Shown here: in pieces, positions 8,266-18,696 of the stretch
Position numbering within the stretch: the stretch's first letter is position 1
Layout of the letters: each line of letters opens with the position of its first letter
Source: Fimbriosthenelais zetlandica
Taxonomy: Eukaryota
DNA: 64,000 nt
NCBI GenBank assembly: GCA_977030845.1
Contig: OZ365113.1
Coordinates: 28,954,001 to 29,018,000 of the forward strand
Direction: 5' to 3'
Program-made: the position numbers and the translations under genes
Notes under the pieces: model-generated
The model's input: the letters and a program-made list of their open reading frames with translations, nothing else
Database searches by the model: none
Told to the model about the DNA's origin: nothing

Positions 8266-10645
8266 TTTTTTTTTTTTTTTTTTTTATTTAGAATATTTAT
8301 ACAGCCAAATTAAGAGGAGTTTGCTAGGCTCACGGGGCAAAAGTATTATTACCAGTCATGATTTTCAGCCTAGGGCTGTGTTAGTGCAGGAACTTAAGCT
8401 AAGATGAGATGAAAGGAGTGCAGTGATAGAGAGAGGAGAGGAGAAAGAGACAGATTTTATAAAGGTAAAGAATGAGATATATATAAGATATCTGTAAACA
8501 CACATATACTATATATATACACAATATTATGCAGCATAGGCGAAGGTGTTATTGGAGTATGTTTTGTAGTAGTGAGTGTTTGTTGGGTGGGTGTCATGTG
8601 TGATGTGTTTTGAAGTTTTTAGCCCTGCTATGGGTTCTGATTAGTAGTTTGGGACTGGGAGCGGGGTTGGTGGGGGAGCTGTGCTAGGCTTGGGATTGGG
8701 CTTGTTGGCGAGTGGCAGGTGGGCCAGTCATACCCAGGTGCTTCTTTAAATTCCTCTTGAATGAGTTGGGGTCTTTTAGTTCTTTAAGACTGTTTGGGAG
8801 GGCGTTCCATTCAGTAGCTCCAGCATAGCATGGTGAGCGTTTGAGTAGCTCAGTTTTGGGATGTGGGATGGGGAGGTTCATGCCACATGTTTGGCGTGTG
8901 GTTCTGGTGACCTTCTCAACTTTCTTTTGGGAGTGGAGGGTAGCTCTTTTATGCATGAGGGTGAGAGTGAGATATTGTCTGCGTGTGGAGAGGGGGGCAA
9001 TATTAAATTTTGAAAGGGTTTCTTTAATACTGGTGTGTTTGCGTGTCAGGGTGGCAATTCTGACTGCACGGTTTTGCAATCTATCTAGTTTGAGTAGGTT
9101 TGCTTGGGTTGTATAAGAAAAGAATGCGCAGTTGTAGTCTAGGACAGGGAGAATAGTGCTTTTATATATGGTTATGGCGGTATTTATGTCAATTTGGGGT
9201 CGTATTTTGGCTAGGATGGCAAGTTTGGCATTTACAGATTTTAGGGTTGCTTTGATTTGGTCCGAGCAACTAAGTTTGCAATCGATTGTCGAGCCTAGGT
9301 ACTTGTAGGAATCGACTACTTCTAGTGGGGTGTGTTCAAGTATGAGGGGTGGAGGGGGGGATATCCGAGCTCTGGGTCTGTAGAGTGGCATTGTTTTGGA
9401 TTTGCTTATGTTGATTGTGAGTTTGTTTATTTGACAATAGGTGGATAGGTTGTTCAGTGCTGACTGGAGTACATTGTGTGTCTCAGCACGGTTTTTTTTG
9501 GCACAGTAAATAACGGTGTCATCGGCATATAGCTGGACAGGGGTGTTGGGTAGGTGGGAGGGGAGGTCATTTATGTAAATGAGGAAGAGAAGTGGTCCAA
9601 GAATAGACCCTTGTGGGACACCAGTTTTGATTGGGAGTGGTGGTGAGATGGTGTCAAGATAGCGGACCTGTGAGCTCCTATTTGTGAGGTAACTTGAGAA
9701 CCAGTTTAGTGTGGTAGGGTCAGGGGTGGTTTCAGCTAGTTTTCTAAGTAGGATGGGGTGGTTAAGGGTATCAAAGGCTTTTTTAAAGTCGATGAATACG
9801 GCAGTTGGGTGGAGGGCAATGTCTAAGGGATTTGTAAGGTCATCTAATAGGTCACAAAGGGCCTGGTGTGTAGATCTACCTTTCCTGAAGCCATGTTGTT
9901 TGGGATCCAGAAAGTTAAGGGATTCGAGATGTGCGGAGGTTTGCTTGTGGACAAATCTTTCTAGGACTTTACCAGGGGTTGGGAGGAGGGAGATTGGTCG
10001 GAGGTCTGAGGGGGATGAGGGTGAGTTAATTTTGGGAAGTGGGGTAATTATTGCCTTCTTCCAGGCATCGGGGAAGATCCCGGTTTTGATGGAGGTGTTG
10101 ATGGTATGGGTGAATTCAGGAATAAGAAATAGTAGGGCATCCTTTAGTATCTTGGTGGGGAGCTCAGGGATACCAGAAGATTTGGTGGAGGACAGTTTAA
10201 GGACTTCTTTCCGGACGTCATCAGTCGTGACCGTACCGAGCTCAAGTGGGATATGTTTTGTAGGAGTGGAGGGTTTTGGTGGGGGAGGGGTGTGAGGAGT
10301 GGGTGGGATTTTTTCGGCCAATGAGGCCCCGATGTTAGCGAAAAATTTATTTATGTATTCGGCAGTACCGTCTTGGGGGATTTCTGAGCCATCAGTCTCA
10401 GTGAGGTGGAGCGTATTAGAGGATTTTCCATTACCTAATATGTTGTTCAGTTCTTTCCAGAATTTCTTTGGGTCGTCTTTATTATTGTCAGCCAAGTTTT
10501 TGAAGAATTCAGACCTAGTATGTGATACTAGATTTTTGGCTTTATTACGGAGGGCTCGGGCCATGTCCCACTGGTCAGGGTTGTTGGATTTTTTGGCTTT
10601 AAGAATGAAATAATCCTTATCTTGGAGGGTGTTAATGAGATCATC
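8266..10645 (-). mobile_element. 5'-truncated non-LTR retrotransposon (CR1/L2/Jockey-group LINE) with poly(A) tail
   Basis: Uninterrupted RT ORF, ~400-nt 3' UTR, then an A20 tail at 8285-8266. No endonuclease domain and no clear TSD were found. Confidence 0.93.
8684..10564 (-). CDS. LINE reverse transcriptase ORF2, C-terminal part (open frame extends upstream to at least ~10640)
   Basis: Motifs RPISLLPTPGKVLE, QHGFRKGRST, VFIDFKKAFDTLNH, GVPQGSILGPLLFLIYINDL, YADDT and YKYLG; 626 aa without a stop. Confidence 0.97.
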   Translation of the reverse strand: MARALRNKAKNLVSHTRSEFFKNLADNNKDDPKKFWKELNNILGNGKSSNTLHLTETDGSEIPQDGTAEYINKFFANIGASLAEKIPPTPHTPPPPKPSTPTKHIPLELGTVTTDDVRKEVLKLSSTKSSGIPELPTKILKDALLFLIPEFTHTINTSIKTGIFPDAWKKAIITPLPKINSPSSPSDLRPISLLPTPGKVLERFVHKQTSAHLESLNFLDPKQHGFRKGRSTHQALCDLLDDLTNPLDIALHPTAVFIDFKKAFDTLNHPILLRKLAETTPDPTTLNWFSSYLTNRSSQVRYLDTISPPLPIKTGVPQGSILGPLLFLIYINDLPSHLPNTPVQLYADDTVIYCAKKNRAETHNVLQSALNNLSTYCQINKLTINISKSKTMPLYRPRARISPPPPLILEHTPLEVVDSYKYLGSTIDCKLSCSDQIKATLKSVNAKLAILAKIRPQIDINTAITIYKSTILPVLDYNCAFFSYTTQANLLKLDRLQNRAVRIATLTRKHTSIKETLSKFNIAPLSTRRQYLTLTLMHKRATLHSQKKVEKVTRTTRQTCGMNLPIPHPKTELLKRSPCYAGATEWNALPNSLKELKDPNSFKRNLKKHLGMTGPPATRQQAQSQA

Positions 10646-11490
10646 TTGACAATGACATTCACCAATAGGACAATAACGAGCATTGGGAGAAAGAACAAAG
10701 CTAAAAATAAAGGCAACAAAACTAACGCCAAACAGAGAAAAAGCTTGAATACCTTAGGGTCTAAATTTATCCTGTTACGCCTTTGGAGTGACACGGGAAC
10801 AATTGGAAGCATCTATGGAGCTTTATATTTTTCAAACACTTAATTCATCAATAGTAGGCCTATGCCAAAGCTGTCTATTTTTATATGTACAATGGACACT
10901 ACTTTGGGCCAATATTTCAGTAATATTTTGGAAATCATCTATTTTTGTAATAAATCAGAATGTATCTCATGATTATTTTGGGACTATTTTTTAAGTAGGC
11001 ATAATTTACGTTTCAATAGCATCGTAGGACTCAGTTTTCAAATTAGTTTGCGAGTCGTTGATGAAAATATGACACATTATATTGCATGTTGGCATGGGAT
11101 GTGAGAGACATCTGTGAGCGACAAATAAACCAAAAAACAAAATGGCGGCATTTAGAACAAGCTGCTTTACACTACGAGATAAAAGGACGTAAAGGAGCCA
11201 GGTGGTTACCTTGACATCCTCGGCCAAGAGGACGTCAGAACGTGACAGGTCATGACGATAGTGACGTCACTATCTGACATGGTCAGCGCGTCTGAGAGCA
11301 CTGGCCATTTATGTCTGGTGCATATTAGAGTTTTATATACAGTAAAACCTCTGATTTAGGTGAACAGTGGACACTGTAAATTGTGTAATCAAGAAATACT
11401 TTCATAATTATAGTGAACAGTGTTTAGAAGTTGATAGAGAAATGTCACATAAGATCTTCTCAAATCCAGGTTTATATAGTATTTATTTGT

Positions 11491-11529
11491 TCCAATGCAT
11501 TTCGGCCGTAGGGGGCCTTCATCAGGGAG
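11491..11529 (-). ncRNA. Minimal type I hammerhead ribozyme motif of Penelope-like-element type, CpG-decayed
   Basis: Minus strand reads TCC-CTGATGA-A-GGCC-CCCTAC-GGCC-GAAA-TGCA-TT-GGA: core boxes, 4-bp helix II, TCC/GGA helix I and palindromic ATGCAT helix III. AATAAA follows within 10 nt. Confidence 0.65.
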
Positions 11530-12928
11530 TGTTAAGAAGTTCTTGTTATTCTATTGATTATTCTATTGATATGGATCATTTCACACATTTGCTCCGTCTC
11601 CAGACTATCCATTACACAGAGGATTTACTGTAGTTATAATCTTGGCAAGATTTTAGATGCCCTAGAAATTCTGCACTTAATTACATTAAATTGAAATTTT
11701 AAAAGAGCGCTCCTAAAATCTCAGTAGATATGTGATGAGAAATGGAGTGCAGATGGAGATGAATTTCACAAATAAAGACATTCATTTCTGTTCAGTTTTC
11801 TTTAAAAAAAAAATTACTAAAAACATACATTGCATGAATGGACTTGATTCAGTGAACACCCATAGCGGTGAATCTCCTCAAAAAGGGTGCCAAAGAGACA
11901 GGCTTCACTATGGAATGAAACGACTAGACAGCCCCGCGCCAAAACAAGCATCACAGACGAAAATATCAATTTAAAAAAAATACCAACAAAACAATTTAAA
12001 AAAAAGGATGACAAGGAAAAAATACATGAAAGACTAGACTACTCTTAGCCTAGGAAATATGCCGCCTTTTAGTTAATGGGTGGAAAAGTGGTCTGAAACT
12101 TCTCACAAAGACTGTCAAGGGGTGTGGAAATTTCCGCATTGATAAATTATTGGTCATTATTGCTATGACAGAATTCGAAATGACAGGAGTTAAAACTCAG
12201 TTTAAAACCCCATCTTATTTTTTTAAATGTATAAATGCTGAATTAAATTAATTAAAAAAGGAATTATACACAGAAAAACCTCCATTAGAGAACACCTCTG
12301 ATTAAACAACTGCATACACTTTCCCACAGTCCCAAGTATGTAGCCCCTAAGGAACACCTTATAGCATTTTTCCGTAGGCCTACTATACAGAGATTTTATT
12401 GCAGCAGTGCCGCAAAACAAAAAGATAAGTCTTCCCGGATAGACTATGGAAGTATTCCAGGATAGATTATGAGTTTATGAAGCAATAGCCATCGTTCCCA
12501 CATAGTAAGCTCCACCAGTCATTCTTATCAGCAATGGCGCGAAAATCTTTGGCTTGGATTTACAAATAAAAAAACTTCTGTCAACAAATATCAACGTTTG
12601 GGTCGAGTGCGCGAGAACTGGCTGGTCTCAAAACGAAATCTCCAGCCAATATTTTGGAGAAAAGTTGAGTAAAAATTGACAACAAAGGGGACATATGGTG
12701 GTAAGATCAGTGGTGCCCTCCTACTGAGATTTACTCACACTAGACTGGACCGGAAGACGATGGGGGCATGTCGTTAAGATGTTGTGACGTCACATTATTC
12801 TGGGTCATTTAACGTCACACTTTTTGGGTCTCTAATGACCTTTTGAAGGTCAATAAATTATTTCCGTTCCCATCATGTCTTAGTGCTTGGTTAGCTTAGA
12901 AGTCCGGTAGTATGTAGACTATGCTAAG

Positions 12929-13100
12929 TTGGATGGATGGATGGATGGATGGATGGATGGCGGGATGGATGGATGGATGAATGGATGAAAGGGTCAATGG
13001 ATGGATGTATGGATAGATGGAAGGATGAATGGATGAATAAATGTGTGGATGAATGAAAGGGGAGAATGAGTGGATGGATGTGTGGATGGATGCATGGATG
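12929..13100. repeat. (GGAT)n degenerate microsatellite
   Basis: Direct inspection; it starts ~50 nt after the VAC14 exon 6 donor. Confidence 0.95.
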
Positions 13101-13149
13101 GATTGAGGAATATGAGTTGAGATGAGAAACTGAAGTAAGTTGTACTCAC

Positions 13150-13259
13150 ATTTTACGTATCTCAGTATTTGGTTCTGCCAACATTTGGAAAAGTCCATCG
13201 AGGATCTCCGGCAGGAAGATGAGCATATCTATATCTGGTACAGCATCAAGCGTGCTCAC
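13150..13259 (-). CDS. VAC14: VAC14 coding exon 6
   Basis: ctgcag|[36 protein letters not shown](M)|gtgagt; 110 nt, ends phase 2. Confidence 0.96.
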
Positions 13260-13475
13260 CTGCAGATTGGGAAGATCATTAAGAAAAATCAGCGACTTCA
13301 GTATTTATACTAACATTATGAGCAATTATAATCACGAAAATGGAGAATTTGATCTAAAAATATTACAATGAGAAACTTTATTAAAAAAAATATGTTTCAT
13401 CGAGGAGTGGAAAAATTCTGACATGCTAGTTCTGGATTTGAACCCATCATCTCTGAGTCTGATAAATAAACTTAC

Positions 13476-13583
13476 CCATGAGATGATAAACTGTCTGGCA
13501 AAGGGATCTTTGGTATAGACTCGGTCTCTGATCAAAGGCATGAAAGCTACCATGTCGAAGGCGCAACTCTCAGTTACTATATC
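13476..13583 (-). CDS. VAC14: VAC14 coding exon 5
   Basis: ttcgtag|[36 protein letters not shown]|gtaagt; 108 nt. Confidence 0.96.
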
Positions 13584-13948
13584 CTACGAATAGACACAAA
13601 AAAATAATCATTTTCTAAACATTCCAGGGAATTATCATTGGTATTTCTTATCAAATTTACAATTATATAATGTCAGGCAGGCAAATGGTGCCCTAGGGTC
13701 ATGAGTCTATGAATTATGGAGAACATTTTGATTCATTAAGTTAGGTTTACATTTTAGGGGTTGGGTTAGAGTTAGGTTTAGGGTTAGGTTTATACTAAAA
13801 TGACAAATTAGGCTCTGATTAATTCCTTTGAAATTATTCTGTTACTAACTGGCCCTTAATCTTAAGGTATAGTTGTACCTTTACATTTTATATATTTATT
13901 GAATAGAAATATTCAGAATGATTTTTTTGTTTTAATGTGGTGTTTTAC

Positions 13949-14011
13949 CTTCATAAGGCGGTCGAGTAACTCTGAACCACTCCTCACGTTCTGGTCCGGG
14001 TCAGCTGCCAA
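13949..14011 (-). CDS. VAC14: VAC14 coding exon 4
   Basis: atttcag|LAADPDQNVRSGSELLDRLMK|gtaaaa; 63 nt. Confidence 0.96.
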
Positions 14012-14213
14012 CTGAAATCACAGAACGGAAACATCGAAGCACAAACAAATAAATAAAGAATCAGACAAAAGTCATAAGTGACATGATTTAACAAACCATT
14101 TTTATGGAAGCGAGCAGTAAAATCATATCATTTCAAAATATATAAATATATAACATTAGTCCAAAATATTTAATCCGCGCGCAAGTTTTGAGAGTCGGGC
14201 ATTCCCGACTTAA

Positions 14214-14428
14214 GCCAGGAATACACTAATCCGTTTCTCTATCCGGAGCCATCCGATAGCTGTCCGAAACTATATTTCTATTCGCACCAAATTCTTGCAA
14301 TTTGAACAGTCCTTTACACCTAGGTAAGGCTAACCACTGACAAAATTTCAATCTTTAGATGACATTAGAAATAGGGTATGTGATGGCGACGGATAGGAGA
14401 ATCGGATTAGTGTACATGTATTCCCGGC
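14214..14428. mobile_element. MITE with ~45-bp imperfect TIRs and TTAA target-site duplication
   Basis: TTAA-gccaggaatacactaatccgtttctctatccggagccatc … gatggcgacggataggagaatcggattagtgtacatgtattcccggc-TTAA. A partial second copy lies at ~27045-27135. Confidence 0.8.
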
Positions 14429-14439
14429 TTAAGGCCTAC

Positions 14440-14607
14440 CTTGCTAAGTCCATCAAAGATATCGTTGAAGAAGGGGAGGACTGCACTACGGGCCACTTTG
14501 ACGATATTATACAAGGACTCACAGCCGTAATAACGTATACGACTGTCAGAGTCAAAGAAACACGTGAGAACAGGCTTCACCAGGTCGTTCACGTACATCC
14601 CAGAGTC
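14440..14607 (-). CDS. VAC14: VAC14 coding exon 3
   Basis: ttgcag|[56 protein letters not shown]|gtaggc; 168 nt, HEAT repeat. Confidence 0.97.
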
Positions 14608-15663
14608 CTGCAAAAAAAGACATTCATTATTCGTGTGTAGAGTCCGAAAGTCGGTCGAATTTTGATTCCTTTTTATCATATGACATATAGAAATATCTAG
14701 ATAGGTGTTGTAAAGGTTGATGTATAAAAATACTACCTAATTGTGCATGATTTTCTTGCTCGTATCTTATTGATTTATAAATAATACTATGGCATACTAT
14801 GCAGCTACTGCTAATGAACATTATTAATCTCTGTTTTTCCGTTTTGTATGTTATTTGACCAAAATAGAATTTTACAATACATCATGAAAAAACAAGGTCT
14901 TTTTTATTCAGAAAGCATCATATAAGGATGCTTTGTTGCTGTAACGTACCAGCCTGCCATCTTGTGTCGATAGTTGACACTAGTTAATGTTAGACCTCTC
15001 TCCATGGGAAATTTCAGAATTATATAATTTAACTGGAAGGTTTAACCTCTGAATAAGCATCTGGTCTTTATTCCTTTGAATAAGCACCTGGTCTGACATA
15101 TTCAACATAGACAGGGTGGCCTACTTGCCACACATAGGTCATCAGAAAACAATTTACTGACTTGTCCATGACTCATGAATTTTGTTCAGATTGCATTTGC
15201 AACAGATCTGTATAAAAGTATCGATAGAAAAAGAAAATAAAATCAACTGGGGAAAAAATGTGAGGGACACCTGCCTTAACGCATTACAAATGTAATTTAT
15301 AGTTATTAATCAGAAATGGCAATCCCTAAAAAATAACTCATTCCAAGCTCTATACTAACGGACCATAACGTAGCTAGATTTCTAGGATGAAAATATCTTA
15401 AAAACTGACAAATAAGTATAATGTGTTGCAATGTAGTATTCGTGTACTGCAACAATTATAATCCTGTATGGGAAGTCAAGCCGAAAGTAGAGAAAGGAAA
15501 GTGAAACTTATTCCCCAGCAATAAGACTGAATGACAAGGCGAAAGAAATGCAATATTTATTATGTTTAAGAAGGAACACGGCAGTGTATCATATTTGTTT
15601 TTAATTATTTGTAATGAAAGCATCATGTTTAACAAAACTTTTGTGTACAATAACTGAAAACGC

Positions 15664-15878
15664 AAGGGCAGATCCAGAGGGGGGCGGAGCGGTTGTAGGG
15701 ATGATCCCGTGCAAATATACCCCGTTGATTTTTTTTATTCAAATGACAAAAAATAAAATCAAGGGTGAGGGGTGGGTATTGGGAGTGTAGGTGATCAGAA
15801 GTTTTACTCTGTAGGGGGACGAAAGGAATCAAGACTTAACATAGTACCAGATCAAGACCAGATCTGGATCCTCCCATG
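15664..15878. mobile_element. Short non-autonomous element with GGC(A/G)GATCCAG…CTGGATCC termini
   Basis: aagggcagatccag … ctggatcctcccatg inverted termini. A similar right end, ctggatccatccctg, occurs at ~33565. Confidence 0.55.
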
Positions 15879-16840
15879 AAGAAACTTAGTGCATGAAATA
15901 TACTATAAAATACTTGATATATTTTTGGTGTAGAAGTGTTAAAACAGGATGGATTTACCGGTAGAATATAAAACAGCTTTAAGTAAGAGACACATGTTGG
16001 TGAACGAACACGAAATGATAAACATAATACAAGTTCACAATGAATAGAACTGAGAGTCCATAGATAACCTAGGAACATGCAAACATAACCCCTAGAACTG
16101 AAAATGATTCAGCTAATATTTTACCTTTCCTGATTCAATTGACTAAATAATAAGCAGAAAAGAGAGGGGACATATTAAATGGAATCACAGGGATCTAAAT
16201 CCAAAAAAAACTTGGTTTTCGTACATTTTATTTTTTTTCTAGACAGTAAGACTAGATTTGTCATGGTAAGACTAAAAACCATGAAGATAGGAAATAAGCA
16301 TTTCACAAATATATGAGAAAGCGAACAGAAAATGAAGTACATCTATATTTAGAAAGGCAAGGGGCAAAGCTTAGATTGCAAAAATAACACTAGGAGTAAA
16401 AAAAATATATATTTTCAAATACATTTCTGATAAATGAAAAGGCCACGGAGACTGTAGGCCCTCCACGGATTTTACTAGGGGCCCTTGGTATGTACAGAAA
16501 TATAATATTTAATAGATCTATGCTTCTTAGACTAGCTAGAATCATTTCCATGAAGACTAATATTATAATCTAGTGAACCTATTTGATCTCTGTATAGAGA
16601 ATTTAAAATAGAAATAAATAAAACAGTAAAACAGTAAAACCTCTGAACAATTTTAGGATTTCAAAGAACTGTGAACATTGACTGTGAAATATGTGTTCAC
16701 TAATGTACACAGAGGTGTTCACAAATCTGAGGAGTTCACTAATGGAGGTTTTACTTTATTATGCAGGCAGAATCTGGTGGGTAGCAGCTTGTAACATAAT
16801 TGATGGAAAAAATCAATGAATGTAATTTATATTTCATTAC

Positions 16841-16991
16841 CTTTCCTAACGCTATAGCAATGGCCGCCAGACCGATGAGACCACCTTTTCTACTGTTAGG
16901 ATTTGCAGATCTAGTGAAGTCCTTCCCCAAGACTAGAAGTAAACGCCGTATTTGGGCAGTATTGTTTGTGGCCATGAATTCTTTTACCATC
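16841..16991 (-). CDS. VAC14: VAC14 coding exon 2
   Basis: ttttacag|G MVKEFMATNNTAQIRRLLLVLGKDFTRSANPNSRKGGLIGLAAIAIALGK|gtaatg; 151 nt, phases 2->0. Confidence 0.97.
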
Positions 16992-17227
16992 CTGTAAAAT
17001 AAAATAGGAAATTCATTAGGCCTAACACTGTAACAGGTACATTGTACATCAGGTAGCCAAACATTTCTTACAGTAACACTGAACCTCACCACCATTAATT
17101 TTAAATTAATGTTTTATAAAAAAAAAAAAAAAAAAAAATGAAACTCCATTTTATTTCTACATGCAATTATCATCGACATTTATGATACCTGTAATTTGAT
17201 ATCATATTAATGTACAGCTGGGGTACT

Positions 17228-17412
17228 TGGCTGAGCCTGGGCATTTTAGCCGCCTATAAATATTCTATCTGTATAACAGGACCCTTCTCTGAACTTGACC
17301 TAGTCAGAGATCTATATTTATTGTTTACGTTTTCAGCTATATCAGTTTGTGGTTTTATGTTTACTTTAGTTTAGGCCCCTGCCCTGGGTCTGTCTTGCCC
17401 AAGGCCAAGCCA
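17228..17412. mobile_element. Possible degenerate MITE
   Basis: Imperfect inverted termini tggctgagcctgggca / tgcccaaggccaagcca. Confidence 0.3.
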
Positions 17413-17645
17413 TGGATGATGAAGTATTTTGTTTGATACCGAAATATTTACATTCGAATTTAAATACATTTTCAAATAGATGACCATGAGGTACCTTTAG
17501 CATCTAGTTTTGTCATCCTATCACCATTGACCAAAGCAAAAACAATAGAAAGGGGACACGCCCCTCTACAATTTCTTGTTTGATATGTGGCGGTGAGCGA
17601 TAATGAGAGCATCGGATGAAAAGGCGGAACACATGACCAACTTAC

Positions 17646-17746
17646 CTTTCGATTTCCAGCGCCCCGACCTTTCTTTTCTCATAAAGCTTGTCATTCAAGG
17701 CCCGAACACACGCCGGGCCGAGGGGAGAATAGTCCTTGTCACTCAT
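17646..17746 (-). CDS. VAC14: VAC14 coding exon 1
   Basis: [33 protein letters not shown](R) matches the conserved VAC14 N-terminus ([11 protein letters not shown]). It ends AG|GTAAG, phase 2, 101 nt. Confidence 0.97.
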
Positions 17747-18369
17747 CTTGCCCCCTGGTTTCCTCAAATCATAAGAAAGAGGATAAAATATCAGCCCATC
17801 AAAACAACCATCGGTATCATATGATGGTTGGCCGCTTACATCAACTAAAATGATAATGCGGCACTGTTGTTCTACAAAAAAACAAAAACGTACACAGCAA
17901 ATTCGAATGATTTTCAATTATTCTCCGTCACGTGTGAATTATGATACTAATATACGCCCGAAAATAGCCAAACCTGGTGAGAGTATTTTTGACAGCTGTT
18001 TTCATTGACGTAAGCGGGCCACTTCCGCCCCACATGTCACTCATAACAAATGAGCCGCGCTCACCTAACTCAGTTTACTCCCAGCTGCGAAAAACACACT
18101 TTTCAAGCACCAAGGTAGGAATTATTTACAAAAGGAGTTTATAAAAGAACCAAGGACTTTCCTCTGGACGTTTTCTGTTAATTTACACAGTATTTAACTC
18201 CCTGAAAATGGTCTTAGCTTGACTAATTTCACCCACCCTCGTGTAGCCACTTTGCATCCCCATCTGACTCGGAGAAACTCGGCAGCCAGCTCAGCTGCCC
18301 GTGCTTTTCAACAACAAACAAACAACCAGGTATTGGAATTTGTGCTTTAATAATCACTCAGAGGTGAAA
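17747..18369. promoter_or_regulatory. Probable bidirectional promoter/5' UTR region (VAC14 and MARVEL-like gene)
   Basis: The divergent ATGs are 623 nt apart and the region retains CpGs. Motifs: E-box CACGTG (~17929), CRE-like TGACGTAA (~18006) and ETS ACTTCCG (~18021). Confidence 0.75.
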
Positions 18370-18696
18370 ATGGCGGACGGAGATGAACCGACGGAGACGA
18401 CAAATCTCAATTTAGGAGAAGGGGATCCGGATGATGGAGACTGCGGTGCCCAGGTACCCATGGTATCGGTGACTAACATGCAGTCGCTGCCTCTTGCCGG
18501 GAGGAGAGGGCCTCACGGCCGGCATGGTGACCACCGTGGGCCCGGGGAGAGGGGCGGGGCAGGCGTGGAAGGGGAGACTGAGGAACTACACCCAGATGGG
18601 CGCTTGGATAACATACAGGTGGAATACGTTGTGGTTGTCAGGTTTGATGATACATACCTGAAAACGATGGCCGGAATTATTCGTTTCTTGCAAGTG
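18370..18696 (+). CDS. First coding exon of a probable MARVEL-domain protein (CMTM/plasmolipin-like)
   Basis: gaaaATGG start; MADGDEPTETT… Gly/His/Glu-rich N-tail, then FDDTYLKTMAGIIRFLQV, resembling the 'YL.T..G.L+..++' start of MARVEL TM1. It ends GTG|gtgagc, 327 nt, phase 0. Confidence 0.7.

Noticed and set aside
8841-10613. Plus-strand ORFs of 91, 194 and 104 aa
   Set aside because: They are antisense shadows of the LINE RT ORF.
14359-17824. Plus-strand ORFs at 14359, 16800 and 17603 (also 450, 3050, 3466)
   Set aside because: They are antisense to VAC14 exons and have no independent coding features.
18301-18369. Upstream GTG start of the 140-aa ORF and read-through past 18696
   Set aside because: The ATG at 18370 has a good Kozak context and a strong donor follows at 18697; the extensions are UTR and intron.
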